Of a DNA stretch of 64,000 bases, positions 44,470 through 55,288 are shown piece after piece. The translations under genes were made by a program, and so were the position numbers. Every line of letters begins with the position of its first letter. Position 1 is the stretch's first letter. The stretch is from a virus, in the IMG/VR virus record IMGVR_UViG_3300010151_000007, positions 1 to 64,000 of that record; one strand, given 5' to 3'. The notes beneath the pieces are model-generated. The model saw only the letters and a list, made by a program, of their open reading frames with translations, ran no database searches and was not told the origin of the DNA.

Positions 44470-45414
44470 ATGGACAAATTTAAAGGAAGAACTGTATTGG
44501 GCGGCCAATCCAAATTAGCCGGTCTGAACAACACACAGGTCAACGAGCCTTTACCTCTTTTTCACAAAGCCGAAGGAGAAAGGGTTGTTAAGGGTCATAA
44601 CAATGCGTATATCGTGTTGGGTCGTGACCGACCTGCTGGTTTAGAATCTGGGTATGGTGGTAAAGGCGAAACTCGCTGCGGTACCATCGATCTTGTAGTT
44701 GGTCGCATGGGATGGGATCCAAAAGAAGGTCGAGTTGTTGATAACAACTTCGGCTCTTTTATCGCTGCCGACAAACCCGGTGACGCTGCAAGGATTTATA
44801 TTTCCCAAAGAACAGATATCGATAACAATTTCGGTTTAGTAGACGGTGGCGTCGGTAACTCTAAAAACCTTTCAGCCATCGGTATAAAAGCAGATTCAGT
44901 TCGGATTGTTGCCCGACGCGGCATAAAGTTGGTCACCGGACGCTCTCCTCAAGGTCGAAATTCGTTGAACGGTAAAGCAGACGCCCAATATGGTATTGAT
45001 TTAATCGCAGGCAATCGTGACGAACTAAAAAGAAATTATAGTGGTGCCCCTAAATCTCAAATACCCTACCTCCAACCAATCCCGAAAGGTTCGAATTTGC
45101 AAGAAGCTATGAAAAATATGAATGATGCAATAAATGAATTGAATTCAATTGTACACGACTTTATTCAATTACAGCTAACTTTCAATGGCTCGGTAATGAC
45201 CAGTTTCCACCAAGGTACCGCTGGGCCGATTCCCGTGATTACAAACCCCGATCCGGCAGTTATAGCCCAGGGTACTCAAATGCAAATGAGGGCTTTTTCC
45301 GACTGCATTAGCGAATTAGCAAAACAGAGGCAAGTGTTAATGTCTTTAGAAATGGACTATTTACGCACCGCTGGTTCGAAATGGATTTGTAGTAGATACA
45401 ATAGGACCAACTAG
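44470..45414 (+). CDS. Baseplate spike-like protein (gp5 C-terminal-like)
   Basis: Beta-strand repeats NAYIVLGRDRP, DAARIYISQ and IKADSVRIVAR; genomic context. Confidence 0.55.
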   Translation: MDKFKGRTVLGGQSKLAGLNNTQVNEPLPLFHKAEGERVVKGHNNAYIVLGRDRPAGLESGYGGKGETRCGTIDLVVGRMGWDPKEGRVVDNNFGSFIAADKPGDAARIYISQRTDIDNNFGLVDGGVGNSKNLSAIGIKADSVRIVARRGIKLVTGRSPQGRNSLNGKADAQYGIDLIAGNRDELKRNYSGAPKSQIPYLQPIPKGSNLQEAMKNMNDAINELNSIVHDFIQLQLTFNGSVMTSFHQGTAGPIPVITNPDPAVIAQGTQMQMRAFSDCISELAKQRQVLMSLEMDYLRTAGSKWICSRYNRTN

Positions 45415-45415
45415 A

Positions 45416-48400
45416 ATGGCAAAGAAAAAGAATAGTGAAGGGCGCGAGAGTTTAGAAGAATTTGGAAGGCTCAAAGAGCCTGATGATTCCGAGACTGGTG
45501 TTGAAGCTGGTGTTGTAATACCAGATATCCTCAATAGGGTTCCAAATACAAACACCGAATTAACGAATAACGACTTGATTTCAATTCCTGAATTTGATAG
45601 GCCAGTGATTTTTACTTCATTGGGTGATGAAGATTCTGAAGCAATTTCTGGTTTTAAGTTTGACGGGTGCGAAGCATCTGATTTCTTTAGCACTGAACCG
45701 GAGGAGTGTGAACCCTGTTTGAAGAATCCTTTCGCATTTGTTCCAGATTGGACCTCTATGTTGGAAGGTGAAGTTTTCTTTAATGGAAAAGAATGTCAAC
45801 ATTGCGTCGTAATGTATAGTGATGATGTCAATCCACAGGGTGCCGCTCTTAAGAAGGTGAAAGAAGATGGTGTCAAGAAGCTGATCGAAGTGTTCCGCAA
45901 AGCATCAGTCGCAAAAGCTGTCTATTATGTGCCAAGATCTCAAAGAAATAAAGATATAATCCCACCTATATCCATAGGAGAGGAATTTACCTTAGCAGAA
46001 ATTGGTGGTGTATTACCCACTTTTCATATATTTGGTGCTTTACTTGATCTGGCTGCTGCACCGCCCCCTGCCAGAAAAGGGTTTGTAAGGGTAACTGAAA
46101 CCTTTAACATGGTAGAGGAATTAGATGCGGCGGCTACAATTGAAAAGCATACTCCAATCTCAAGCGCGATTGGGACTAAGGTTCTGGTTTGCGTTCCTTC
46201 CGCACAATTGGAAAAAATCCCTCAAGCAATCCTTTCAGAGCCCGACACAGAATTTGAATCTAAACTGACTGTCACTATACTAGGCCCAGACTTTGCTCGG
46301 TTCGTGAATAAGACGAAGAAGACTTTTACAAGATACAACAAGCAAGTTTTGAGATGGGCTGTCTTTGATGGTGGATTACTCTTGAAGAAGGGTTCGACCA
46401 ACAGAGACGACTATGTTGTTTTGGATTTGCTTAAAGAAAAAGACTTCCTTTCTCAATTTCAAAAAGAATTGCTAGATATGCTCAAGACCAAGGGTTTAAC
46501 CACAGGGCCATCAACCACGGTTTTGGAAAAGTTCACAATCAACTTTGAAGAAGAGGGGGACAAGCTAAAGATAAAAGAGGTCATCGCTAATAGTGGCGGC
46601 TGTAGAGACATCGTGTTTTCGAGAACTTCCAATTCTTCTGAATTTAACAAGTTCATGAAAAAACGTTCAAGTTTGAGATCAACAACACTTGGATACATCG
46701 GTGCTCTTCCAGAAATGGATTCAGCCATTTCGGCTAGAAAACCAATGTCTTGGCTTGAATATGTTACTAAATTTACATATCCCGGCTTAGAGGTTAGTCT
46801 TGGGCCAAATGCAATAGTGAAATCAAATGATAGTTGTTTCGCTGATGATCAGATTAATATCTTCTTAAATTCCATGTTAGATGCCCTCATAGATCTCGGC
46901 GGCGATATTTTATCTGAAACTAATAAAACACTATGTCGAACAGTTGATGAGTCCGAGACATACAAAAGAGATTTGAACAAACAGGCAGATGACAATCTAA
47001 GAAGAATATTGATTGCAGAAGTTAAAATGCATGGTAACAGTAAGCCGTTTGTTGATCTGCTAATTAAGATGCTTGAAAAACAAGATCTTGATTTCGAAAG
47101 TCTTTGGAGCGACTTGATTGATAAAATGGGCTACTGTGGCTGGATTCAGATGGCTAAGAATTCGATTGACTGCTTGGCTCAAGGCTTGGGTGCCGACAGT
47201 TTAGAGAAAGCTATGGTTGAAGCTATTTTTAAAGCAATACCGGAAGATCAAATAGAAAAGGTCTTCGTTGGATTACCACCCGATGTTCAAAAAAAGATAA
47301 CAGACAAAATAGGGGCATCATTCAACAATGCTCCTGCTCCGTGGGATGCGGGTTATCGTTCTGGGAATTATAGCGGCCCAGGCTTCAATCCAAAAGAAAG
47401 AGCAAAAGCTGTCAAAGAGACAAAAGCCGAACCCGGTTTTACCCCTACTCCAATCCCAACTCGCGGTGCCGGGCGTAGTCGCACGGAATTACCCAACACC
47501 ACGGCTCGCAAGATTGTTAAAGCAAGGGAAAAAGAAAACCAAGTAGATCCTACACAGGTAAGTGAGAACCAAGCTTTGAGAGGTTCTGGCGGAACATATG
47601 GGAATATGCTGGGAGATATCCAGAAAGAGATATTTGCAGCATATAAAGACGCCATCTTAGAGTTTGCGGGTGTCCAGCAGTTAATGACGATTTTGGAAGA
47701 TCTTCCGGGCGTGGGTATAGTAGCACAAGTATTTCGTTCTAGTCCTTGCACTCTACCCGGTCCTTTGAACTTTGAGCCACCACTCGATAGTTTCTTGAAC
47801 ACTTTAGAGTTTGATTTTTGTAACATCCCTGGTGGCAATTGGGCAGACTTGACTTTGCCTAAAATGAACCCCCCAATGGACAAGGGTGTCCCAATCAAGA
47901 TTGCTGCCAGTAATATAATGAAAGTTATTGGGGAGATCGCGAAGGAAGTGTTGATTGCACTTGCGATGCAATTGTTCAAGAAAATATTGACAGGAATGAT
48001 AAAAGCCATCAGTGGTATTGCATGCGAAGCACTCAAAACTCTAGGCGGCGCTCTCGGAGATTTGGTCAACGGAAACGACAAACTTAAAGACGGGTTGAAA
48101 AAACAACTATGTCCCGACAAAGATCTTTCTGATGAAGAGTTCGCTGCCACACTCAATAAGTTGTTCAATAGTTTGAACCCCGTTGATCCAACTTGTTTGG
48201 AAACAATCACGAACGAAGAGATTGGTACTTTTATCGATGATATTTTGTTAGTGCTGACTCAAGGTCAAATCTTGGACCTATTGGCTGGTGTTGCCAGCCA
48301 AGAGGTTCTGGAGATTGTAACAAGAACTGCCTTAAGTTCAGAATCAGAATGCATTTCAGATATCTTTTCTGATCCTTCCGCTGTTGATTCATATTTTGAT

Positions 48401-51400
48401 GGTCTGGGAGATTTGCTTAATTTGGATGATTTGATTGACGAATTGGGTCAATTCCCTCGCGAACTTCCAAACACGGTCTGCACTCCAGAAATGCTGGAAG
48501 ATATTGACGATTTACGCTGTCAATTGCTGCAACAAAAGGGTATGTCCCTTCAAGATTGTCGTGACGAATTAGACAGACTGAAAGCAGAGGCCGAAAAGAA
48601 CCTTGGAGATTTGGCAGATGTCCTACAAAATGGCCCATTCGCCGACCTGCCCGGTCTTCTTTCCACTGCTGATTGTCCGACAGATGGTTTGTTTCCATAT
48701 AACGATCTGAACGTTATGGATTTGACACCGCACGTCATTGGCCCGGTATTCACATCCATTTCAAACGAACACACCGCAGACCTATTGGGCTCCGATGGCG
48801 TATTAAATAATATCCTTTCAGATACAAACGGGAAAAGACTCCGTGCTCACAACTTCTATGTTAGGCATTTCGGCAACCCAAATTCATCAAACTTAAGTTT
48901 CTTCGAATGGTATTCGGATAATTCGATTGAAGATCACGACGCCACATTCCTTAAGCCAAACCCAATCGATCAGTTTGGTAATAAATTAAAAGGCGCGGAG
49001 GCTAGTGGCAACAGTATTGTCGCGGCAATTTTTGGTTCGCACGGTGGTTTCCCACCGACAGTCGGCTCGTGGTTGATGAAACAATATGAAGAATTGGATA
49101 TTAGTTTCTCGACAAAGCGTTTAACGGAAGATCAACTAGCTCTAGAAGAGATTTTGGAAGATAATCCATTTATTTCCTTTAGCCCAGCTTCGAATGATTT
49201 AGAATTGAACTACATTGATTTCAAAAGCGAATATTCATTTAAACTGGTGTATGACTACAACATAGAAGAAAATGGAGAGTTATTAAAAAACAAGTATCGT
49301 GTAAAGATAATAGAGGATTTGGATCCATCTGATGATGGAAATCTTTCCCGAGTAAATATCCCTAAAGGTACTCCCCCCTCTATTCTCCAATCTCGCGGAG
49401 GTACTATAACTTCTGGTGATTTCACGATTAGTTCTGTTCCCTCTGAAGAAGTTCGAATATTATTGGGTACTTTGAATCTCGAAAACGATAGCAAAATCTC
49501 CTACGAGTCCGAAGCTCTGAAAGAATACATTTCAAGTGTATTAAAGAGTAACATCGACCTATCACAAGACTCCAAAGACAAGTTGGAATCAAATTCACAC
49601 AGAAGTTATGTGACAAACATTTTTGATATTATCAACAAGGGATTCTTACGCAGAATCTCTGATAAAATCATAACCCCAGCAGAGGGTAAAGAGATACCTA
49701 AGGGTTTTGCTTTTGGTTATGATGCCGACAGGCAGCCAGAAGTGGTGTTATTAGATCCGGAGAAATATGGCGGCAACGAGATCTCACCAGCTTTCTACGT
49801 GAAGCCTCCGAAAAGAGACGGGTGGATGGGTATGCTGGACGAACTAGTTCCGGAATGGGACGCCTGTGAACCTCGTAGAACCCCTATGTGCGACTTTGAA
49901 GGTATAAAAGACAATGTTCAGGATTTGTATGGGAAGCTAAAAGAAGACAAACGCCGCGAATTCACGCCTTTGTGTACCGAAGAAGCACCTTACGATAAAA
50001 TGCTCGACCGTATGGCAGCAGCCTCTTTAGACGGAGTGGTTAGGACTGCTTTAAGAATTTACATTGTCGATGTCTTGCTTCGTGTCATTCCGGTAATAAC
50101 GCAGTTTGAACTTAACATACCAGAGAATTTTGACGCCCTTCTAGAAGAATATATCGTTGATTATTCGATAGAACGAATCAAAGAAGAAGATAAGAAAGTT
50201 TTCGGTGGAAGCAATCATTATTATTACAGATTTTTGGAGCAGGTTGTTAACAATATTGCAAGAAAGATAGATTCAAAAATAATCAGCATGGATGATTTGA
50301 CACCAGAAGAAAAAGAAGCGTTTGACTCGATCGCTGACACTGTGGCTCGTTTCTATACCACTTATCAAGGCAAGCTGGAGTCTCTTTCAACTACGGCGAT
50401 TACAACACAAGACTTTGTGCAGAGGGCTTTTTCTCACAAGAATGCTGAATTGGGCGATGGTTCTGCCGCTTTCAACAAGCTTGAAGCAAAAAGAGCCAAA
50501 GAAGAGGTCTTTAATAAGATAATCGGCTCAACTCAAAAAGAAGCTAAAATTCTCATGAGAAGGTATGTTCGCGAAGAGTTTGAACACATGCGTGGCGATT
50601 TTAATGACAGGCTAAAGCCGACAATTTCTAATTTGGACTCTTTGTTTCTCGGAAGCGAGAGTTGGATTCAAGGTGCTGTAAGTTCCGGTGGCCCCAAGAA
50701 TGTGTTTTCAGATCCCACCGAAAACAATCTTTTCGAGACTCGCGAAGGTGAGATCCCTAATTGGCCGTTTGTGCTAGAGAAATATGTGCTCATTGAAGAA
50801 AAAGATGATCCTCAATTGGCGAACCGCGAAGAAAACTTGTTTCACATCGTTAACATGTCTGACTGGGAAGATTACGTCCAGAAACAAAGAGACGATGGCA
50901 TCACTGGTGACATTTCAAAATATTGGAAATCTTGGAAATTTGGTATTAGAGTTGTTTATAAACCAATAAACGCTTTTGACAATGCTTATTGGTCACCACT
51001 AACGACTGGCGCGACTAGAGAACAGAGAATGAAACATAAAGCGTTCCTAATCGGCGAAAATGATGCATATATTCCTTTAGTTAATGCAGAACTAGAGATA
51101 GAAGATCAAGAATTTACTGATTTCGACCCCGAAGCATATGATGTTTTCTGCTTAATTAAGGAACTTCGGAAGAAAACTGAATACAAAATGCTGTTCAAAT
51201 ACTGTTTCCCGATGCAAAGGTTTCTTTCTTTACTTACGCTGTATTCTGCAAAAGGGTTCTATCCTTCAATCGGTAACATTGGTGCGCCCGAAGAAGGTGG
51301 GGATCGTTGGGTTCTTGCGGGCGGTCGCGCTCTCTTTGGATTCAGAGCGTGGGATAGACAGACCTTTGAACGCTCTTCAAAGCAGGCAAGAATTATGTTT

Positions 51401-51589
51401 GAAACCATCTACGAGACAACAAACAAAGATACTACTTATAAAGTGAGAGGCCAAAGGACCGTATCGGCCAACTTCAGGGACACTTTGAGGCCGAAGATTA
51501 ACTTTGATACTGGTTTAAGGTGGTGGCAAAGAAGGAATAGACGCAACAGACCATACGATAAGTTTGGTAACGACTGTGAGGATGAATAA
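45416..51589 (+). CDS. Large (2057 aa) Cys-containing structural protein of the baseplate/tail cluster
   Basis: Long ORF between the spike-like and gp25-like genes; no domain recognised. Confidence 0.7.
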   Translation: MAKKKNSEGRESLEEFGRLKEPDDSETGVEAGVVIPDILNRVPNTNTELTNNDLISIPEFDRPVIFTSLGDEDSEAISGFKFDGCEASDFFSTEPEECEPCLKNPFAFVPDWTSMLEGEVFFNGKECQHCVVMYSDDVNPQGAALKKVKEDGVKKLIEVFRKASVAKAVYYVPRSQRNKDIIPPISIGEEFTLAEIGGVLPTFHIFGALLDLAAAPPPARKGFVRVTETFNMVEELDAAATIEKHTPISSAIGTKVLVCVPSAQLEKIPQAILSEPDTEFESKLTVTILGPDFARFVNKTKKTFTRYNKQVLRWAVFDGGLLLKKGSTNRDDYVVLDLLKEKDFLSQFQKELLDMLKTKGLTTGPSTTVLEKFTINFEEEGDKLKIKEVIANSGGCRDIVFSRTSNSSEFNKFMKKRSSLRSTTLGYIGALPEMDSAISARKPMSWLEYVTKFTYPGLEVSLGPNAIVKSNDSCFADDQINIFLNSMLDALIDLGGDILSETNKTLCRTVDESETYKRDLNKQADDNLRRILIAEVKMHGNSKPFVDLLIKMLEKQDLDFESLWSDLIDKMGYCGWIQMAKNSIDCLAQGLGADSLEKAMVEAIFKAIPEDQIEKVFVGLPPDVQKKITDKIGASFNNAPAPWDAGYRSGNYSGPGFNPKERAKAVKETKAEPGFTPTPIPTRGAGRSRTELPNTTARKIVKAREKENQVDPTQVSENQALRGSGGTYGNMLGDIQKEIFAAYKDAILEFAGVQQLMTILEDLPGVGIVAQVFRSSPCTLPGPLNFEPPLDSFLNTLEFDFCNIPGGNWADLTLPKMNPPMDKGVPIKIAASNIMKVIGEIAKEVLIALAMQLFKKILTGMIKAISGIACEALKTLGGALGDLVNGNDKLKDGLKKQLCPDKDLSDEEFAATLNKLFNSLNPVDPTCLETITNEEIGTFIDDILLVLTQGQILDLLAGVASQEVLEIVTRTALSSESECISDIFSDPSAVDSYFDGLGDLLNLDDLIDELGQFPRELPNTVCTPEMLEDIDDLRCQLLQQKGMSLQDCRDELDRLKAEAEKNLGDLADVLQNGPFADLPGLLSTADCPTDGLFPYNDLNVMDLTPHVIGPVFTSISNEHTADLLGSDGVLNNILSDTNGKRLRAHNFYVRHFGNPNSSNLSFFEWYSDNSIEDHDATFLKPNPIDQFGNKLKGAEASGNSIVAAIFGSHGGFPPTVGSWLMKQYEELDISFSTKRLTEDQLALEEILEDNPFISFSPASNDLELNYIDFKSEYSFKLVYDYNIEENGELLKNKYRVKIIEDLDPSDDGNLSRVNIPKGTPPSILQSRGGTITSGDFTISSVPSEEVRILLGTLNLENDSKISYESEALKEYISSVLKSNIDLSQDSKDKLESNSHRSYVTNIFDIINKGFLRRISDKIITPAEGKEIPKGFAFGYDADRQPEVVLLDPEKYGGNEISPAFYVKPPKRDGWMGMLDELVPEWDACEPRRTPMCDFEGIKDNVQDLYGKLKEDKRREFTPLCTEEAPYDKMLDRMAAASLDGVVRTALRIYIVDVLLRVIPVITQFELNIPENFDALLEEYIVDYSIERIKEEDKKVFGGSNHYYYRFLEQVVNNIARKIDSKIISMDDLTPEEKEAFDSIADTVARFYTTYQGKLESLSTTAITTQDFVQRAFSHKNAELGDGSAAFNKLEAKRAKEEVFNKIIGSTQKEAKILMRRYVREEFEHMRGDFNDRLKPTISNLDSLFLGSESWIQGAVSSGGPKNVFSDPTENNLFETREGEIPNWPFVLEKYVLIEEKDDPQLANREENLFHIVNMSDWEDYVQKQRDDGITGDISKYWKSWKFGIRVVYKPINAFDNAYWSPLTTGATREQRMKHKAFLIGENDAYIPLVNAELEIEDQEFTDFDPEAYDVFCLIKELRKKTEYKMLFKYCFPMQRFLSLLTLYSAKGFYPSIGNIGAPEEGGDRWVLAGGRALFGFRAWDRQTFERSSKQARIMFETIYETTNKDTTYKVRGQRTVSANFRDTLRPKINFDTGLRWWQRRNRRNRPYDKFGNDCEDE

Positions 51590-51990
51590 TGGCTCAAGGG
51601 ATAGCAATAAAATTACCACTAGAAGTTGACAGTGTTGACGGACCTTTTTCTCTGCATAAAACAGAATTAGAGGCGATTCAGCAAAACTTGAAAATGTTAT
51701 TACTCACCTCTCCTGGTGAACGGATTATGGTGCCAGACTATGGTGTTGGTATTAGAAACTTCTTGTTTTCTCAAAATACAGAATCGTTGATAAGAGACAT
51801 TCAGGATACCATCGCAAATCAGATATCGAAGTTCATGCCATATATTAAAATTAACGATATCGAAGTCGGAAGTCCTGAACTATCTGCTGGCTCGGTATTT
51901 ATTGACAAGAATATAATCGAAATAAGGATTTCTTATTTTGTTCCAAACCTTAGACTCGGTAATGTTTTGAGACTACCAGTTTCAGGTTGA
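51589..51990 (+). CDS. Baseplate wedge protein, gp25/GPW-like
   Basis: IQQNLKMLLLTSPGERIM.PDYG.G...LF. Confidence 0.9.
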   Translation: MAQGIAIKLPLEVDSVDGPFSLHKTELEAIQQNLKMLLLTSPGERIMVPDYGVGIRNFLFSQNTESLIRDIQDTIANQISKFMPYIKINDIEVGSPELSAGSVFIDKNIIEIRISYFVPNLRLGNVLRLPVSG

Positions 51991-52019
51991 AACTAATTAT
52001 TTAAGGAAAAGAAACAATA

Positions 52020-53816
52020 ATGCCCAAAAAGAATTTACCAATTAAATATACAAGCCGCGACTTCGACTCTATTCGTCAAGAATTAGAAGAGTTTGCTAAA
52101 AGATATTACCCGGATACAATCAAGGACTTTTCAGAATCATCTGTTAGTTCAATGATGGTTGATGCGGTTTCATATGTTGGTGATGTGCTTTCTTTTTACA
52201 TCGACTATCAGGCTAACGAAGGCTTGATTGATAGTGCAATAGAATATGACAACATTTTAAGACTTGCTAAACAGATGGGTTATAAGTTCAATGGCAGCAC
52301 TTCCGCTACTGGTAAAGCTGCCTTTTTTGCCATTGTACAGGCAAATAGTCTAGGTTTAGGTCCGAAAACAGCAAATTTACCCATCCTAAAGCGAAATAGT
52401 GTCTTTGGAGCCGATAGTGGTGGCACCTTTATTCTCACTCAAGATGTTAGATTTGACAACCCAAACAACGAAGTTGTGGTTGCGAGGGTTGATACGACCA
52501 CTGGTTTGCCAACTTCTTACGCGATCAGAGCCTATGGTGATGTCATTTCGGGTAAATTTGAACAAGAATCCATTATTCTCGGGGCTTTTGAGAGGTTCAG
52601 GAGGCTAGAATTGTCGGCAAATGACATCGTAGAGGTCATAAGCGTCTTCGATTCTGACGGAAATGAATATTCAGAGGTAGAATATCTCTCACAAGACGTT
52701 ATTTATCGAGGCGTAATCAACAAAGACTCTTCTACAAGAGATGAAGTGCCGAAGATTTTCCAAACAGTCGCAGTTCCGAGAAGGTTTGTAACCGAAAGAG
52801 AAGAGAAAAAGACCTTTTTGCAGTTTGGCTATGGAGACGAAAGTCAAACAACTACTGGCGCATTGGTAGATCCTTCAACAGTTGTGATGCAAATGTACAG
52901 TAAAGACTATGTAACCGATACTTCTTTCGACCCATCTAAGCTTTTGAATACTGATAAGTTTGGTGTCGGCCCCGCCAACACAACTTTGACTGTTAGGTAT
53001 CGAAGAAATACAAATACGAATGTGAATGTTGCCGTCGGCTCGTTGAACAAGGTGGTCAGAGCAAATCTAACCTACAATGATCCTTCCGTTGTTTCTGCTG
53101 CAAACAGGGCTGACATTTTATCGTCTATAGAGGTTTCAAACGAAGAAGCCATAGTAGGTTCAGTCAGCTTACCAACAATCGAGGAGATAAGAAGGTCTGC
53201 TTTGGACAACTTTGCATCCCAAAGCCGTGCAGTAACTCTGAAAGATTACCAAGCTATCGCCTACAATATGGACAGTCAGTTTGGTAAAGTGAAAAGAGTG
53301 AATGTAGTTAGGGATAATGATTCGTTGAAGAGAAATCTAAACATGTATGTTCTTTCAGAAAACTTTAATGGTCGACTAATTTCTCCAAACGTTAAATTGA
53401 AAAACAATCTTAAGCGATGGATTTCTCAATATAAGATGATCAATGACACTATTGATATTTTGGACGCCAAGATTGTTAATTTTGGGATAGAGTTTGAGAT
53501 TATTGCACAAGATAGAACGAATCGATTCGATGTTTTAGAAAAAGCCTTGTCCGTAGTGAGGGCAAAATACAACATTGCTTACATGATAGGCGAATCATTT
53601 TTCTTGACAGATGTGTATAGCGTGTTGAATAAAATAGATGGGGTCGCCGATGTGGCAAATGTTAAATTGGTTAACAAGAGGGGTGGCTCTTATTCTGAAT
53701 CTTTCTACAACATCAAACGAAACATGTCTGGTGATGGAAGGTTTTTGAAAGTGCCGGAAAATGTTGCTTTGGAGATTAAATTTCCGTTCTCCGATATCAA
53801 AGGGAGTGTCCGATAA
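52020..53816 (+). CDS. Baseplate wedge protein, T4 gp6/baseplate-J-like
   Basis: YTSRDFDSI, SYVGDVLSFY.D, LAKQMGY, QFG.G and SQ.RAVT.KDY. Confidence 0.85.
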   Translation: MPKKNLPIKYTSRDFDSIRQELEEFAKRYYPDTIKDFSESSVSSMMVDAVSYVGDVLSFYIDYQANEGLIDSAIEYDNILRLAKQMGYKFNGSTSATGKAAFFAIVQANSLGLGPKTANLPILKRNSVFGADSGGTFILTQDVRFDNPNNEVVVARVDTTTGLPTSYAIRAYGDVISGKFEQESIILGAFERFRRLELSANDIVEVISVFDSDGNEYSEVEYLSQDVIYRGVINKDSSTRDEVPKIFQTVAVPRRFVTEREEKKTFLQFGYGDESQTTTGALVDPSTVVMQMYSKDYVTDTSFDPSKLLNTDKFGVGPANTTLTVRYRRNTNTNVNVAVGSLNKVVRANLTYNDPSVVSAANRADILSSIEVSNEEAIVGSVSLPTIEEIRRSALDNFASQSRAVTLKDYQAIAYNMDSQFGKVKRVNVVRDNDSLKRNLNMYVLSENFNGRLISPNVKLKNNLKRWISQYKMINDTIDILDAKIVNFGIEFEIIAQDRTNRFDVLEKALSVVRAKYNIAYMIGESFFLTDVYSVLNKIDGVADVANVKLVNKRGGSYSESFYNIKRNMSGDGRFLKVPENVALEIKFPFSDIKGSVR

Positions 53817-55288
53817 TGTCTATTAAGAGATATTTTGCTAATGCCGATAATACAATCACCAATGCATTCATGGATGATTTAAGAACACGAGGCACTGGTG
53901 CAAACATGGGCCAAGCAGATATATTGGAAGTGTTTTCCGTTTATGCGCAGGCTTCCACCTCTTCCGTTGAAAAATCAAGAGCCCTGATTAAGTTTCCGGT
54001 CTCAACTTTTTCTACTGACCGAACCGCTGGCACAATCCCTGCATCTGGTAGCGTTAGTTGGTATTTAAAACTTTACAACGCAGAACATGGAAGAACTCTT
54101 CCAACCAACGTGGCTTACCTCGTTTCGTCTATTTCGAGAGACTGGACCGAAGGTACTGGTCTGGACATGGAAGGATACAGTGATTTAGGAAAATCTAATT
54201 GGGATAGTGCTTCCGCCGCTGTCTCTTGGACCACTGCTGGCGGGGACTTTTCCACTTCGGGGACATATACTTTTTCTGCGAGTGCTGGTGATGAGAACAT
54301 AAATATCGATGTCACTAGCTTGGTAGAAGCGTGGATGGGTGGCGTCCGCGATAATCACGGTTTTATCGTGAAATTGATTGACACTTTTGAAAACGGAACT
54401 CGCTCCTATTACACAAAGAAATTCTTCGGGAGAGGGACCGAATTCTTTTTCAAGCGCCCAGTTTTGGAGGCTCGTTGGGACTCCTCTGAAAAGGATCAGA
54501 GAAACAACTTCTTTTACAGTAGCTCTCTCGCATCTGCCGCAGAAAACCTAAATACAATATATCTTTACAATTATGTAAGGGGTCGCCTTAGGGATATTCC
54601 CGCTATTGGTACCGGTGCTATATACGTGTCTCTTTATTCGGGCTCGACAGGTCCGACGGGCAGTGCTCTCGCACTCACCGCTGACGGCGCTCACGTAGCC
54701 TCTACGACCCCCCGCCGGGCAACAGGGTCTCATGTGTCGACTGGTATCTACAAGGCCACCATGGCCCTCACAGCGGCTTCTACGCCGTTGACAAAATTGT
54801 TTGATGTGTGGCAGAATAAAGCCGGAACAGATGATTACAAAACAGGATCTATAGAACCAAAAACATTGGCTTCGTTAGACAGCTACCCAGACGACGAATA
54901 TGTGTCTGCAATTTCTAACATGAAGAGTTCTTATCGCTATAATGAGATTCCAGTCTTCCGCGTTCACATACGCAAAAAAGATTGGAGCCCCACTATTTAT
55001 ACAGTAGCCAGTAAACAGGTTATAAATTCTGAAACAATAGAAAGTGCTTCATATTCTATACACAGGGTTGTTGATGATTTGGAAGTCGTGCCGTATGGGA
55101 CAGGGAGTGATATGGAAACTAGAATGTCTTTCGACGTAAGTGGAAATTATTTCTCTCTTGACATGGAAATGTTGGAGCCCGGTTATATGTATGGTATGAC
55201 CTTCTCGTACTACAATGATGCTTTGGCTTCCTGGCTAGAACAGCCCGAAACATTCAAATTTAGAATAGACAAAAAACAGAGTAAGTAA
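53816..55288 (+). CDS. Virion structural protein (DNRLRE-like N-terminal domain)
   Basis: ADNTI, SRALIKF, W.EGTG, WTTAGGD, IDVT.LV..W, N.GF.VK and P.LE.RWD. Confidence 0.65.
   Translation: MSIKRYFANADNTITNAFMDDLRTRGTGANMGQADILEVFSVYAQASTSSVEKSRALIKFPVSTFSTDRTAGTIPASGSVSWYLKLYNAEHGRTLPTNVAYLVSSISRDWTEGTGLDMEGYSDLGKSNWDSASAAVSWTTAGGDFSTSGTYTFSASAGDENINIDVTSLVEAWMGGVRDNHGFIVKLIDTFENGTRSYYTKKFFGRGTEFFFKRPVLEARWDSSEKDQRNNFFYSSSLASAAENLNTIYLYNYVRGRLRDIPAIGTGAIYVSLYSGSTGPTGSALALTADGAHVASTTPRRATGSHVSTGIYKATMALTAASTPLTKLFDVWQNKAGTDDYKTGSIEPKTLASLDSYPDDEYVSAISNMKSSYRYNEIPVFRVHIRKKDWSPTIYTVASKQVINSETIESASYSIHRVVDDLEVVPYGTGSDMETRMSFDVSGNYFSLDMEMLEPGYMYGMTFSYYNDALASWLEQPETFKFRIDKKQSK

Noticed and set aside
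47368-48210. 280-aa minus-strand ORF
   Set aside because: It lies wholly opposite the 2057-aa gene, with the Ser/Ile/Phe-rich composition of an antisense shadow and no promoter or RBS support.
45416-51589. Tape measure protein
   Set aside because: It lacks the Ala/Gly-rich periodic helical character, has many Cys/Pro residues, and sits within the baseplate genes.
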